NCBI GenBank assembly: GCA_038893355.1
Contig: JAWARQ010000001.1
Coordinates: 224,001 to 288,000, forward strand
Length of the DNA: 64,000 nucleotides
Reading direction: 5' to 3'
Origin: Sulfolobaceae archaeon
GTDB lineage: Archaea > Thermoproteota > Thermoprotei_A > Sulfolobales > Sulfolobaceae
Shown: positions 20,774-34,076 of the stretch, piece after piece
How the letters are laid out: every line of letters starts with the position of its first letter
Position numbering within the stretch: the stretch's first letter is position 1
Notes under the pieces: generated by a model
What the model was told of the DNA's origin: nothing
Databases searched by the model: none
What the model saw: the letters and a program-made list of their open reading frames with translations, nothing else
Program-made: the position numbers and the translations under genes

Positions 20774-23626
20774 ATAAGTCAGCCAGCTGATTTCGTTGAG
20801 TTTTTAGTGAAAATCTCTGAAAAATGGCAGAAGGAATGGGAAAAAGCAAAGATTTTTGAAGCGAATCCAGTTAGAGGTAAAAAGAAATTTTTTACGACCG
20901 TAGCATTTCCGTATCCAAATAGTCCTTTTCATTTAGGCCATGGTAGAACGTACGTTACTGCTGATATTTATGCAAGATATATGAGAATGAGGGGTTATAA
21001 TGTACTTTTCCCCATGGGATTTCATTATACTGGTACCCCGATAATAGCAATGGCTGATGATATAGCAAGGGGTGATAAAGAATTAATAAGTATATTTAAG
21101 GAAATATATGAAATACCAGATAATATAATAACTAAACTTACAGATCCATTATTTATGGCAAATTACTTTAAAGAGGAAATAAAATTAGCTATGAAGGAAA
21201 TAGGGCTGTCAATAGATTGGAGACGAGAGTTTACAACAATAGACCCAGAGTTTTCTGCATTTATTACATGGCAGTTTTTAAAATTACATGAAAAAGGATA
21301 TATTGTAAGGGACACTCATCCAGTTGGATGGTGCCCAGTTCATCATCTTCCAGTAGGGATGCACGATACAAAAGGCGATGTTGAGCCAGAAATAGGCGAA
21401 TTTGTTTTAATTTATTTCCAAGATGATGATTTAATATTTCCAGCAGCTACATTAAGGCCGGAAACTGTTTTTGGTGCTGTTGCTATTTGGGTAAATCAGA
21501 ATCAAGATTATGTTATAGCTGTTATTGACGGAAAGGAAATGGTAATCTCTGAGAAAGCTGCTAAAAAACTTTCATTTCAAATAGATGATCTCAAAATACT
21601 TAAGAAGATCAAGGGTTCAGAATTAGTAGGTAAGTATGTTATAAATCCGTTAAGTGGAAAAAAGATACCTATTTTACATGGAGAATTTGTAGACGTTATG
21701 ACTGGAACTGGTGTTGTAATGAGTGTTCCTGCGCATTCGCCAGTTGATTATTTTTATTTAAGGAAATATAAGAAGGGTGATACAATTATTAAAGTAATAC
21801 AAGTTGAGGGATACAATGAGCCACTAGGTAAATTTGTTGTAGATAATAACGAACCAAAGACTGACGAGGATCTTAAGAAATTAACTGAATTTGTTTATAG
21901 GACTGAATATAATAAAGGTTTTATAATCTCTGAAGTTTTAGAATTAATAGATATTAAATATAAAGAAAAACTTAAAGAGATTATAAATAAGCCTGTCCCA
22001 GAAGCTAGGCAAATAATTACTAACTTTCTTATTTCAGAGGGTCTCGGAAGGAAGATACTAGAAATAATGAATAGACCGGTTTATTGCAGGTGCGGAAATG
22101 AGGTAGTTGTTAAGATATTAAAGGATCAATGGTTTATAGACTATGGTAATAAAGAATGGAAAGAAAAAGCCAGAAAGTTATTATACTCTATGAGAATTTA
22201 TCCAGAGGAAGTTAGAAAAGATTTTGATTTTGTTATTGATTGGTTACAGAAAAGGGCATGTGCAAGAACTAGGGGTTTAGGTACTCCTCTAATTTGGGAT
22301 AAAAAATGGATTATAGAAAGTTTAAGTGACTCTACGATATATATGGCATATTATACAATATCACATAAAATAAAAGAGTATAAATTGAGACCATCACAAC
22401 TAACATCAGAATTTTGGGATTACGTAATTCTCGGTCTAGGTGATATAAATGAGATTTCAAAGAAATTAGACATTCCTATACAAATTCTAGAAGATTTAAG
22501 AAGAGAATTCTTATACTGGTATCCGCTAGATATTAGGCATAGTGGAAAGGATCTAATTCCTAATCATTTAACATTTTTTATATTTAATCATGCTGCATTG
22601 TTCCCAGAGGAATTATGGCCTAAGGCTATAGCAGTTAACGGCTTTGTGCTTTATGAAGGTAAGAAGATGAGTAAATCATTAAGAAACATAGTACCACTCA
22701 GAAAGGCAATTAAACAATATAGTCCAGATGTAGTAAGAGTAGTATTAACTTCAACTGCAGAGCTAGGTTCTGATACTAATTTCTATGACTCTTATGCTAG
22801 ATCATTCGTTGAAACTCTAAGGAGATTTTACGAATTAATTAAGAAATCTAAAGATTATAATGGTAATATTTATGATTATCCTGAAAAAATATTGGAAAGT
22901 AAATTAAATAGTTTTATAAAAGAGATAGCTAAATATATGGATGAATTAAGTTTGAGAGAGAGTATGAATAAACTATTTTATGAATTTTATGATTTAATAA
23001 GATTTTATTTTGAACTAGTTCAAGCTGAAGGAAGAGAGCCTAATAGAAACGTATTAGCTAAAGTTTGGAATAAATGGGTAAGGATGATTGCACCGTTTGT
23101 TCCTCATTTTGCAGAGGAGTTATGGAGAGAATTAGGTAATACAACATTTGTCTCCTTAGAATCATGGCCTGAAATTGAAGAAGAGAAAGTCGATAAGAAT
23201 TTAGAATTGATGTTAGAATATCAACAAAAAGTTTTAGAAGATATTAAATCAATACTTAATATTTATAAAGGAATTCCTAATTCTATTAGAATTTATGTTA
23301 GTGATGAATCACAGTTTAACGAATTAAAAAATATAATTAAAATGATAAACGAAGGAAAAACTCTAAAACAGATAATAGAAACCTTGAAACCTTCAAATGT
23401 AAGAATTTATCAAAGGTTATACAACTATGCATTACAACTTGATGAGAAGATGAAGAAAATTTTAGAATATAATATAAATGAAATTGAAGCACTACGCAAA
23501 ATGATTCCACTTATAAAAATAAGGTTTAATGTTAAGGACGTATACGTTTCAAAGTTTACAGAAGAGGAGAAGAAGAAGTATAATAAGGAGGCTTTGCCAT
23601 TAAGACCAGCTATTATTATTGAATAA
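20774..23626 (+). CDS. leuS: Leucine--tRNA ligase; start possibly ATA 20774 (ORF track uses GTG 20807)
   Basis: [12 protein letters not shown] (HIGH), KMSKS, CP1 motifs TLRPET and [15 protein letters not shown]. Confidence 0.97.
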   Translation: MSQPADFVEFLVKISEKWQKEWEKAKIFEANPVRGKKKFFTTVAFPYPNSPFHLGHGRTYVTADIYARYMRMRGYNVLFPMGFHYTGTPIIAMADDIARGDKELISIFKEIYEIPDNIITKLTDPLFMANYFKEEIKLAMKEIGLSIDWRREFTTIDPEFSAFITWQFLKLHEKGYIVRDTHPVGWCPVHHLPVGMHDTKGDVEPEIGEFVLIYFQDDDLIFPAATLRPETVFGAVAIWVNQNQDYVIAVIDGKEMVISEKAAKKLSFQIDDLKILKKIKGSELVGKYVINPLSGKKIPILHGEFVDVMTGTGVVMSVPAHSPVDYFYLRKYKKGDTIIKVIQVEGYNEPLGKFVVDNNEPKTDEDLKKLTEFVYRTEYNKGFIISEVLELIDIKYKEKLKEIINKPVPEARQIITNFLISEGLGRKILEIMNRPVYCRCGNEVVVKILKDQWFIDYGNKEWKEKARKLLYSMRIYPEEVRKDFDFVIDWLQKRACARTRGLGTPLIWDKKWIIESLSDSTIYMAYYTISHKIKEYKLRPSQLTSEFWDYVILGLGDINEISKKLDIPIQILEDLRREFLYWYPLDIRHSGKDLIPNHLTFFIFNHAALFPEELWPKAIAVNGFVLYEGKKMSKSLRNIVPLRKAIKQYSPDVVRVVLTSTAELGSDTNFYDSYARSFVETLRRFYELIKKSKDYNGNIYDYPEKILESKLNSFIKEIAKYMDELSLRESMNKLFYEFYDLIRFYFELVQAEGREPNRNVLAKVWNKWVRMIAPFVPHFAEELWRELGNTTFVSLESWPEIEEEKVDKNLELMLEYQQKVLEDIKSILNIYKGIPNSIRIYVSDESQFNELKNIIKMINEGKTLKQIIETLKPSNVRIYQRLYNYALQLDEKMKKILEYNINEIEALRKMIPLIKIRFNVKDVYVSKFTEEEKKKYNKEALPLRPAIIIE

Positions 23627-24223
23627 TTTTTCTTTATTTAATTTAATTATTCCATTTTTTATTTCTATTATTCCTAAACTTTTGAGAAATAGTAATGCAT
23701 TCTTAATCTCATTCTTGCTAATTCCTATCTTATAAGTAATTATATTCATAATATCTTTCATAGTGATATTATTATCCCAATCCTTTATCGTGTTTAATAT
23801 AATTTTTTCTAGATCACCAAAATCTTCATCAATAATCTCATTCTCAGTCACTCTTACTAAAAAATAATTATTCTCTATTTGTACCTTAAAAATATTTTGA
23901 CGAACTTTGTTTGCCTTTATTATATATTTAACATTTTTTAATATTTTATAGGATGTTGCAAATTTAAAATACTTTTCAAGATCACTCTCAGACTCTACTT
24001 CTATTAGAATCTTTTTGGCATCTTCTTCACAAATGCTTTGTATATTTAATGGTATTCTTAATGAAGTCTTTATACAAATTTTCTCCCCAACATGTTCTAA
24101 CGCCCTGGCTACCTCTAGCGCAAATTTTATATTAAAATTCTTATAATAAGATACCAATAATACATTATCAAGATCTATAATTTTTCTAATAACTCTATTC
24201 ACATAGGTACTTAAACCATTCAT
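23600..24223 (-). CDS. Hypothetical protein with a possible C-terminal winged helix
   Basis: 207-aa ORF; C-terminus ...[28 protein letters not shown] is wHTH-like. Confidence 0.7.
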   Translation of the reverse strand: MNGLSTYVNRVIRKIIDLDNVLLVSYYKNFNIKFALEVARALEHVGEKICIKTSLRIPLNIQSICEEDAKKILIEVESESDLEKYFKFATSYKILKNVKYIIKANKVRQNIFKVQIENNYFLVRVTENEIIDEDFGDLEKIILNTIKDWDNNITMKDIMNIITYKIGISKNEIKNALLFLKSLGIIEIKNGIIKLNKEKLFNNNSWS

Positions 24224-24310
24224 GGCTAAAAATTTTTTCTTAGATAGAGAGCTTAATTTAACATGAGGTAATTTAGAGTAATATTTATAATGTAATTCCC
24301 CTCTTCAATT

Positions 24311-25405
24311 GTGGGAGTAAATATTGCACAATATCGTAAAGAAAAGAATATTAAAGATTTAGTTAAACCTTGGCTTTTTGAGGCAGAGGAATATAATTTT
24401 ACAGATATTAAGGATGGAATTAGGCTTCATTTAAATGAATCACCTTTTCCAACTCCAGAATTTATAATAGAAGAAGTTAAAAAAGTATTAGATAAAGGTA
24501 ATAGATATCAGCACCCAGAATTATTAGAAGAGTTAAGATTAAGAATAGCGGATTATGCTAATGTAGAGAAAGAAAATGTATTTGTTAGTACTGGTGCAGA
24601 TAATTGTATAAGAATTTTATTTAATACATTACTTCTACCATACGACCTAGTTGTATTTAATTATCCGTCTTATGGGATGTATCCAGTATTTTCTTCATTT
24701 AGAGGTAATAAAGTAGTTAGGGTAAATATGATTGAAGGAGAAGAGTGGTGGAATGCTGATTTTGATAAAATTCTTGAAGCATCTAAATCTGCAAAGCTAG
24801 TAATAATAGATGACCCAAATAATCCCACTGGCTCTCCAATATTTAGGGGGAGATTAGATATTTTAAAAGAATTATTAGAATTAACTAACGGTTTTGTTGT
24901 AATAGATGAAGCTTATTATGAATTTTCTGGATATACGGTTGTACCATTAATTAATGAGTACCCTAATCTGATAATAGTAAGGACATTAAGTAAGGCATTT
25001 AGCCTAGCATCCTATAGAGTAGGCTACATTATAGCTAATTCAGAACTAATTAAATTATTAATGAAAGGCTTTACACCATTTGAAATTCCTTTACCTAGTA
25101 TGATAGCTGCAATTACTGCACTCTCAAATCCATCTTATTCTAGAAATGTAGTTGAGGAAATAGTAAAAAATAGGGAATATTTAAAACAAGGTTTACGTAA
25201 ATTAGGTTTTAAAGTTTTTAATTCTTTAACAAATTTTCTCTTAGTTAAGTCCAGTATTAATTTGCAGCAAATATTAATGAAGCACAGAATTGCAATAAGG
25301 AATCCATTAAACGGATACTATAGAATAACAGTAGGTAAAAAGGAAGAAGTTGAAAAAGTATTAGAAGTATTGGGTGAGGAAGTTGAGAATAGCAATACCA
25401 AATAA
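24311..25405 (+). CDS. hisC: Histidinol-phosphate aminotransferase
   Basis: LHLNESP, PNNPTG, DEAYYEF, RTLSKAFSLASYRVGY. Confidence 0.96.
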   Translation: MGVNIAQYRKEKNIKDLVKPWLFEAEEYNFTDIKDGIRLHLNESPFPTPEFIIEEVKKVLDKGNRYQHPELLEELRLRIADYANVEKENVFVSTGADNCIRILFNTLLLPYDLVVFNYPSYGMYPVFSSFRGNKVVRVNMIEGEEWWNADFDKILEASKSAKLVIIDDPNNPTGSPIFRGRLDILKELLELTNGFVVIDEAYYEFSGYTVVPLINEYPNLIIVRTLSKAFSLASYRVGYIIANSELIKLLMKGFTPFEIPLPSMIAAITALSNPSYSRNVVEEIVKNREYLKQGLRKLGFKVFNSLTNFLLVKSSINLQQILMKHRIAIRNPLNGYYRITVGKKEEVEKVLEVLGEEVENSNTK

Positions 25406-26240
25406 GGGTAGACTTCAACAACCAATACTTGATTTCTTATCCAACGTTGGGATAAAACCATTAGCTAGTGATGAAAAGGCTTTAATAATTCCTACAAGTT
25501 GGGAAGGAATACAATTAGTAATGATAAGGACAGAGGATATTCCTAGTATAGTAGAATCAGGGGGTGCAGAGATAGGAATAACTGGAAAGGATTATGTTGT
25601 AGAGAGTGGTGCAGATGTTGAAGAGTTGATAAAGTTAGATTTTGGAAAGGCGAAGATAGTTTTAGCAGTGCCTATAAGCTGGAATATAGATTCTCCGTTC
25701 GAGATAAAGAAGGAAATTAGGATTGCGACAAAGTATTATAATATTGCTAGGAGATTTGTAGAAGAGATTGGAATAAGGGCAAAGATATTTAAAGTAAGTG
25801 GTGCTACGGAAGTGATGCCATCCTTAGGCGCTGCAGATGCAATTATTGATGTTATGAGTACTGGTACTACACTTAGGATTCATGGTTTAAAACCCATAGC
25901 AACTGTTTTAGAATCTTACGCCGTAGTAATTGGCAACAGAAAATGGATGATGAGTGAAGAAGCTGATAAAATAAACTCAGTGTTAACCATAATGAAAGGT
26001 ACTATAACGGCAAAGGGTAAGAAGCTAGTACTAATGAATGTTCCTGATGAGAAGTTAGAAGCTGTACTCAAAAATTTACCAGCAATGTTAGCCCCTGCTA
26101 TAACTAAGCTTAGTAAATCAAATGTGTGGGAAGTAATAACTGTAGTTGACGAGGACAAGTTGCCGGAGGTTATAATATCGACAAAAAATGCTGGTGCAAG
26201 AGACATAGTAGTCGTTGATATAGAAAAGGTGATTCCTTGA
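25383..26240 (+). CDS. hisG: ATP phosphoribosyltransferase (long form)
   Basis: IAIPNKGRL, RIATKY, GATEV, STGTTL; TTG start 5 nt after GGTGA. Confidence 0.97.
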   Translation: MRIAIPNKGRLQQPILDFLSNVGIKPLASDEKALIIPTSWEGIQLVMIRTEDIPSIVESGGAEIGITGKDYVVESGADVEELIKLDFGKAKIVLAVPISWNIDSPFEIKKEIRIATKYYNIARRFVEEIGIRAKIFKVSGATEVMPSLGAADAIIDVMSTGTTLRIHGLKPIATVLESYAVVIGNRKWMMSEEADKINSVLTIMKGTITAKGKKLVLMNVPDEKLEAVLKNLPAMLAPAITKLSKSNVWEVITVVDEDKLPEVIISTKNAGARDIVVVDIEKVIP

Positions 26241-26241
26241 A

Positions 26242-26937
26242 ATGATTGTAATGCCGAGTATAGATATTAGTAAAGGTAAAGCAGTAAAAAGGATAAGAGG
26301 CGAAAAGAATTCTGGAATTGAAATTGCTGACGCACTAAAGGTTGCTGAAGAGATATATGAATTAGGTTATGAACATTTACATGTAGTAGATTTAGATGCT
26401 GCAGAAGGTTCAGGAGAGAATGAGGATAAAATAAGGCAAGTAGCAAATCTAGGTTTTAAATGGATTCAGGTAGGTGGAGGGATTAGAAGTTTAGAGAAGG
26501 CTTTAAGAATTTCGAGAATTGCTTCTGCTATAGTTATCTCAACCCTACCATTTGTTAATTTTAAAGAATTCGAGAAAATTAATTCTGTAATTGGTTATGA
26601 GAAGATACTTTTAAGTCTAGATTATGATGAAAATTACTATATACGAGTTAAGGGCTGGAAGGAGAAAATAAATATTAAATTACAAGATTTTCTAAATAAT
26701 ATTAAATTTGATATTAAAGGTATAATATTCACTTATATTCCTAATGAAGGTAGTATGAGTGGTATAGATAGGGGAATTAAAGATTATGCTAGGAAATTAC
26801 CCTTTAAGATAAAGGAATATGCAGGCGGGATATTCTCGTTTGATGATTTATTAGAGTTAAAAAATGCAGGATTTAATTATGCAATAGTTGGAATGTCATT
26901 CTATAGGGGTCATTTAAAAGGTGTTAAGTATGTCTAG
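26242..26937 (+). CDS. hisA: ProFAR isomerase
   Basis: PSIDISKGKAV, HVVDLDAA, QVGGGIRS. Confidence 0.95.
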   Translation: MIVMPSIDISKGKAVKRIRGEKNSGIEIADALKVAEEIYELGYEHLHVVDLDAAEGSGENEDKIRQVANLGFKWIQVGGGIRSLEKALRISRIASAIVISTLPFVNFKEFEKINSVIGYEKILLSLDYDENYYIRVKGWKEKINIKLQDFLNNIKFDIKGIIFTYIPNEGSMSGIDRGIKDYARKLPFKIKEYAGGIFSFDDLLELKNAGFNYAIVGMSFYRGHLKGVKYV

Positions 26938-27511
26938 ACAGGTCAAGATTGTTAGGGAAACTGCAGAGACAAGAATTGAAGTAGAAATAGACCTTGATAA
27001 TTTAGGCCAAATAGAGGTAAACACTCCAGTACCATTCTTTAATCACATGCTCCATACATTTCTTTTCTATATGAATTCTTCAGCTAGAGTTATTGCAATT
27101 GATAAGAAGAATTATGATGATCATCATGTGATAGAGGATACTGCAATAGCTTTAGGGGAGGCTATTAAGAGAGCTTTAGGAGATAAAAGAGGGATTAAAA
27201 GGTTTTCAACTCATATTGTCCCAATGGATGAGGCATTAGTATTAACTTCTATTGATATTTCTAATAGAGGTTTATCATTCGTTGATTTAAATTTAAAAAG
27301 AGATGTGATAGGCGGTCTTGCTACTGAAAATGTTAAGCACTTCATTCAATCATTAGCATATAATTCTGGAATTACAATTCATGTTATTCAACTTAGGGGT
27401 GAGAATACGCACCATATAATTGAGGCTACTTTTAAGGGATTAGGAATGTGTATATATGATGCTTCTAGGATAATTTTTGGTGAAGTAAGGAGTACTAAGG
27501 GATCTTTATGA
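26930..27511 (+). CDS. hisB: Imidazoleglycerol-phosphate dehydratase
   Basis: [35 protein letters not shown]. Confidence 0.97.
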   Translation: MSRQVKIVRETAETRIEVEIDLDNLGQIEVNTPVPFFNHMLHTFLFYMNSSARVIAIDKKNYDDHHVIEDTAIALGEAIKRALGDKRGIKRFSTHIVPMDEALVLTSIDISNRGLSFVDLNLKRDVIGGLATENVKHFIQSLAYNSGITIHVIQLRGENTHHIIEATFKGLGMCIYDASRIIFGEVRSTKGSL

Positions 27512-28263
27512 CTGCAAAGAGAATAATACCTTGTCTTGATGTTAAAGCGGGAAGAGTAGTAAAAGGAGTGAATTTTCTGAACCTAAGGGATAAGGGAGAT
27601 CCAGTAGAATTAGCTGCAAGATATGAAGAAGAAGGAGCAGACGAGATAGTATTTTTGGATATAACTGCTACTATTGAGGGAAGAAGGGCCTTCATTGAGG
27701 TTATTAAAAATACTGCGAGCGTTTTAAGTATTCCACTTACAGTAGGCGGAGGAATTAAATCTTTAGAAGATATTTCTGTCATTCTATCTAGTGGTGCAGA
27801 TAAAGTTAGTATTAATACTGCGGCGGTAAATAATCCAAGGCTAATATATGAGGCTTCACAAGAATTTGGTTCACAAGCTATAGTTGTAGCTATTGATGCT
27901 AAAAAGGAGGATGATAAGTGGATTGTATATACTCATTCAGGTAAATATAGGACTGGAATAGATGCAATAGAATGGGCTAAAAGGGCTAGTGAATTAGGTG
28001 CAGGTGAGTTATTAGTAACTAGTATAGATAAGGATGGAACTAGAGAGGGATATGATATAGAATTGCTGGTTAAGATTGGAAATGAGGTTAATATACCAAT
28101 TATAGCAAGTGGTGGTGCAGGTACTTTCGAACATTTTCTAGAGGTATTTAAGAGAACTAATGTTGATGCCGCATTAGCTGCTGGCGTATTTCATGATGGT
28201 TTGATAAGAATATCAGAATTAAAAAAGTATTTAAAAGGCTATGGTGTTGAGGTAAGATGGTAG
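27508..28263 (+). CDS. hisF: IGP synthase cyclase subunit
   Basis: [30 protein letters not shown]. Confidence 0.98.
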   Translation: MTAKRIIPCLDVKAGRVVKGVNFLNLRDKGDPVELAARYEEEGADEIVFLDITATIEGRRAFIEVIKNTASVLSIPLTVGGGIKSLEDISVILSSGADKVSINTAAVNNPRLIYEASQEFGSQAIVVAIDAKKEDDKWIVYTHSGKYRTGIDAIEWAKRASELGAGELLVTSIDKDGTREGYDIELLVKIGNEVNIPIIASGGAGTFEHFLEVFKRTNVDAALAAGVFHDGLIRISELKKYLKGYGVEVRW

Positions 28264-29456
28264 TTAAATACGAATTACCAAAAAGAAGGCCAAATGATTT
28301 TAGTGATATCTTGGATTACGTTAAACAAATAGTAAATTATGTAAGGGAAAAAGGAGATAGGGGAGTAATAGAGATTACTGAAAAAGTTGATGGGATAAGA
28401 ATTGATAAGATTAGAGTGGACAGAGAAGAACTTGAGAATTATGCTGAAAGAATCCCAAGTGATGTGAAATGGGCATTAGATCTTATATCTGAACAATTAC
28501 GGGAATATAATCAACTTCTTAAGCCACCGAATATAGGTGGCGGTAGAAATGGCGTAAGGTATGGTATATTATGGAGACCAATTGAAAGGGTTGGAATTTA
28601 CATCCCTGGCGGTAGAAAGGCGTATCCTTCAACAGCATTGATGGCAAGCATTACTGCAGTAGTAGCCGGTGTAAAGGAGATATTTTTCTCGACGCCTCCA
28701 AGAAAGGATCAATCAATTGATGGTGCTATAGCTTATGTTGCATTAAAATTAGGCATTAAGGAAGTATATAGAATAGGTGGACCACAAGCTATAGCTTCAA
28801 TGGCATTTGGTACTGAAAGTGTTAAAAAAGTTGAAAAGATTGTGGGTCCTGGTAATAGATATGTTCAGGCCGCAAAACTTCTAGTCAGTACTGAGGTAGG
28901 AATTGATGGTATTGAAGGACCTACAGAGTTGGTTATAATAGCTGATAAATTTGCAAATCCGCGTGATGTGATTCTAGATCTCCGAGCGCAATCAGAACAT
29001 GGATTTGATTCTTTCCTTGTCCTAATTTCAGATAGTGAGGAATTAATTAGAAGTGTTAGCCAAGTTCTAATGAATGACGATAAAACTTACTATTTAATTA
29101 AAGTTAATAACATTACTGAGGCGATAAATCTTGCTAACGAGATTGCTCCAGAACATTTATCTTTGAATATAAGAAACGCTAAGGAGATGTTAGATCTCAT
29201 AAGAAACGCTGGAGTAGTTACTATTAATAATACCCCTCCTGCACTTGTAGATTACTCTGCGGGACCTAACCACATACTTCCAACCAATTCGTGGGCTAAA
29301 ATAAGAGGTGGTATTACTGTCTATGATTTTCTTAAGCCAATAAGTTATGCAGAGGCTAATGAAATTTCAAAGGATCTTATTAATGCAACATTAATACTAG
29401 CAGAATATGAGGGATTTAAAATTCATAAGGAAAGTGTCAGGATGAGATATGAGTGA
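28257..29456 (+). CDS. hisD: Histidinol dehydrogenase
   Basis: [29 protein letters not shown]. Confidence 0.97.
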   Translation: MVVKYELPKRRPNDFSDILDYVKQIVNYVREKGDRGVIEITEKVDGIRIDKIRVDREELENYAERIPSDVKWALDLISEQLREYNQLLKPPNIGGGRNGVRYGILWRPIERVGIYIPGGRKAYPSTALMASITAVVAGVKEIFFSTPPRKDQSIDGAIAYVALKLGIKEVYRIGGPQAIASMAFGTESVKKVEKIVGPGNRYVQAAKLLVSTEVGIDGIEGPTELVIIADKFANPRDVILDLRAQSEHGFDSFLVLISDSEELIRSVSQVLMNDDKTYYLIKVNNITEAINLANEIAPEHLSLNIRNAKEMLDLIRNAGVVTINNTPPALVDYSAGPNHILPTNSWAKIRGGITVYDFLKPISYAEANEISKDLINATLILAEYEGFKIHKESVRMRYE

Positions 29457-29733
29457 GGTTTTAGATGAGTTGTTTAAAATAATATTAGAGAGAAAATCTA
29501 AGATGCCAGAAGGAAGTTATACTACTGAACTTATAAAGAAAGGAAGGGGTTATATTGCTAGAAAAGTAGGTGAAGAGGCTGTAGAATTTATAGTCGCATC
29601 ATTAAGTGAGAGTAAAGAGAGAATAATAAGTGAAGCTGCAGATTTATTATATCATATGTTAGTGTTATTAGCTATAAATAATATTGATATAGGTGAGGTA
29701 TATCAAGAACTGAGAGCTAGGATGAGAAAATGA
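29449..29733 (+). CDS. hisE: Phosphoribosyl-ATP pyrophosphatase
   Basis: GSYT, KVGEEAVE, EAADLLYH. Confidence 0.96.
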   Translation: MSEVLDELFKIILERKSKMPEGSYTTELIKKGRGYIARKVGEEAVEFIVASLSESKERIISEAADLLYHMLVLLAINNIDIGEVYQELRARMRK

Positions 29734-30338
29734 TGGCATTCATTCTAAACTATGGCGTCGGTAATATATTTAGTGTAAAGAACGCCCTAGAAAGGGTAGG
29801 ATTTAATGTGAAAGTTACTAATGATGTAAAAGGAATTAAAGAGAGTCAGGTAGATTTAATCGTTTTTCCAGGTGTCGGGGCCTATAGAGCTGTGAGTAGT
29901 TATATTCTATCTAACATAAATACATTAAATAATCTTAAAGATTCTGGTGTAGGGTTTCTAGGTATTTGCTTAGGGATGCAAGTAATGTTTGAAGAAGGAA
30001 CTGAAGGCGGCAGATCTAAAGGTTTAGGTTGGTTTAAGGGAATTGTAGATAAATTACCTACAAATTTAAAATTACCGCATATAGGTTGGGATAGAATATA
30101 TGCAGTAAGATACTCAGAGCTAACTGAAGGTCTTGAAGGGAGATATGTTTATTATGTTCATAGTTTTATTGCATTCCCTAAGAACAAAGAGATAATTCTT
30201 ATGGAGAGTGAATATGGAATAAGATATCCAGCAATTGTAGCAGAGAATAAGATAGTAGGTACACAATTCCATCCTGAAAAAAGTAGTAATATCGGAAAAA
30301 TTTTCTTTAATAATTTAATTAGGTGGTTGAAACGTTAA
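29730..30338 (+). CDS. hisH: IGP synthase glutaminase subunit
   Basis: YGVGN, PGVG, GICLGMQ, PHIGW, QFHPEKS. Confidence 0.97.
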   Translation: MMAFILNYGVGNIFSVKNALERVGFNVKVTNDVKGIKESQVDLIVFPGVGAYRAVSSYILSNINTLNNLKDSGVGFLGICLGMQVMFEEGTEGGRSKGLGWFKGIVDKLPTNLKLPHIGWDRIYAVRYSELTEGLEGRYVYYVHSFIAFPKNKEIILMESEYGIRYPAIVAENKIVGTQFHPEKSSNIGKIFFNNLIRWLKR

Positions 30339-30703
30339 AGGTTTCTATAGAACAGGCAGAAAAGATAGTGAATAAATTAAATTTTAGACATGAAGATAAC
30401 ACTATAATTGCGGTAATTCAAGATTACGTAACGAAAGAAGTATTAATGGTAGGTAATATGAATAGGGAGGCATTATTTAAGACTCTTTTAACTGGTTATC
30501 TTCACTTTTGGTCATTATCTCGGAAAAAAATATGGTTAAAAGGCGAAACGAGTGGCAATTTTCAAGTATTAGAGGATTTTAAAGTAGATTGTGATGGTGA
30601 TGCAATTTTATTACTTGTAAGACCCTTAGGTCCTATTTGTCATACGGGTAATAGGACATGCTTTTTTAGAGATTATAATGATTTACAGAAGGAAGAAATA
30701 TAA
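30323..30703 (+). CDS. hisI: Phosphoribosyl-AMP cyclohydrolase
   Basis: WLKGETSG, DCDGDA, CHTGNRTCF; start GTG 30323 or ACG 30332. Confidence 0.96.
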   Translation: MVETLKVSIEQAEKIVNKLNFRHEDNTIIAVIQDYVTKEVLMVGNMNREALFKTLLTGYLHFWSLSRKKIWLKGETSGNFQVLEDFKVDCDGDAILLLVRPLGPICHTGNRTCFFRDYNDLQKEEI

Positions 30704-30727
30704 TCTAAGTAGTAGAGATAATTAATT

Positions 30728-31117
30728 ATGAGTATAAATAAGGAAGAATGGAAGCATAAGATTATGGAAGCATTAACGCAAGTATATGATCCAGAGATTC
30801 CTGTGGACATTGTAAATTTAGGTTTAATATATGATCTAAAGATAAGTGATGAGGGTGAAGTTTATATAAAAATGGGACTTACTGCTCCTGGATGTCCAGT
30901 TGTTGATGATTTAATATTCACAGTGGAACAAGTAATTAAAGAAACTGTACCAGCGAAGTCTGTTCAAGTGGATTTAGATTTTGAGACACAATGGACCCCA
31001 CTTAAGATGACTGCAGAAGGTCGTGAAAAATTTAAGAAATTATATGGTTACGATATTGTCGAAATGTGGATTCAAACATACGGTTTGCCTTTAGACGAAG
31101 TTCAGCAACAGAAGTAA
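30728..31117 (+). CDS. DUF59/SufT-like metal-sulfur cluster assembly factor
   Basis: VYDPEIPVDIVNLGLIY, TAPGCP. Confidence 0.92.
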   Translation: MSINKEEWKHKIMEALTQVYDPEIPVDIVNLGLIYDLKISDEGEVYIKMGLTAPGCPVVDDLIFTVEQVIKETVPAKSVQVDLDFETQWTPLKMTAEGREKFKKLYGYDIVEMWIQTYGLPLDEVQQQK

Positions 31118-31145
31118 TAAAAGCTAGTAAGTAAACTCTCCTTTG

Positions 31146-32516
31146 ATGTCATGGAGTATTTTAGAACTGTTAAGAAGTAATCCCGAGATTCTTAAAGAAA
31201 ATCTGAAAAAGAGATATATTGATACTTCGATTGTAGATAATGCTGTACAATTAGATAAGAAATGGAGAGAAGTTTTAAGGGAAGTAGAAAGACTTAGGCA
31301 TCAGCATAATTTAATAACTTCAGAGATTGCGAAATTAAAGGTAAAAGAAGAAAGAGAAAAGAAAATAGAAGAAGCAAAGAAGCTTCTACTTGTTCTTCAA
31401 GAAAAGGAGAAGGAGTTAAATAAAATTGAAGAAGAGCGAGAGAATCTCTTACTCTCACTTCCTAACCTTGTTCATGAAAGTGTACCTGTAGGCCCTGATG
31501 ATAGTTATAATGTTCCAATTAGATTTTGGGGCAAATTTAAAGTGTATAGAGATGATCTGAATGAGTTTTTAAGGCAAGTTAATAACAATACTAATATTAA
31601 TTATGAGATAATAAACTGGAAGCCTAAAGGACATGCTGAAATGTTAGAAGAGGTCTTAGGATTAGGAGACACACTAAAGGCTGCTGAAGTATCTGGTTCT
31701 AGATTTTATTATTTATTCGATGATATAGTCTGGCTAGACTTTGCACTTTTGTTGTATGCAATTGACTATATGACAAGTGTAGGCTATACATTAATTCTTC
31801 CACCATACATGCTGAGAGGTGAGATTATAAAATCGGTAATAGATCTAAATACATTCAAGGATGCTATTTACAAGATCGAGGATGAAGATTTATACTTAAT
31901 AGCTACTGCAGAACATTCTATTGCAGCTTATCTATGGAAGGAGGATATAGATAAGGAAAAATTGCCGTTGAAATTTGTAGGTTTTAGTCCAGCATTTAGA
32001 AAGGAGGCTGGTGCTGCTAACAAAGACTTAAAGGGAATATTCAGAGTCCATCAATTTCATAAGATCGAACAATTTGTGTTTTCTGCTCCAGAAGATAGTT
32101 GGAAGTTATTTGAAGAGTTAATAACTAATGCTGAAAGTCTATTTCAAGGCTTAGAATTGCCTTATAGGATAGTAAATATAGCATCTGGTGATTTAGGTGC
32201 ATGTGCAGCTAAGAAATACGATTTAGAAGTTTGGATGCCCTCACAAGCAAAATTTAGAGAAATGGTAAGCTGTAGTAATTGTACTGACTGGCAAGCTTAC
32301 AGGCTAAAGATTAGGTATATCGACAGGAAGAATAATAAAAAGGGATATGTACATACTCTAAATAGCACTGCAATTGCAAGTACAAGGGTAATTACTGCAA
32401 TTTTGGAGAATAATCAAAGGGAAGATGGTGTTGTAGAAATTCCTAGGGTATTAAGGAAATATCTAGAACCATTTAAAAAAGCTCCTAAAGATTATATATA
32501 TCCAAGAAAGAAGTTA

Positions 32517-32528
<12 letters not shown>
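31146..32528 (+). CDS. serS: Serine--tRNA ligase
   Basis: N-terminal coiled coil, [36 protein letters not shown]. Confidence 0.98.
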
Positions 32529-34028
<1,500 letters not shown>

Positions 34029-34076
34029 ACTTAATCCCTTTCTATATCCTAAGTAACTGATATATAAAAAGAATAA

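Noticed and set aside
24311-24325. Possible ATT start for hisC after GGGAG
   Set aside because: Weak SD, and the GTG at 24311 fits a leaderless start; cannot be distinguished from sequence alone
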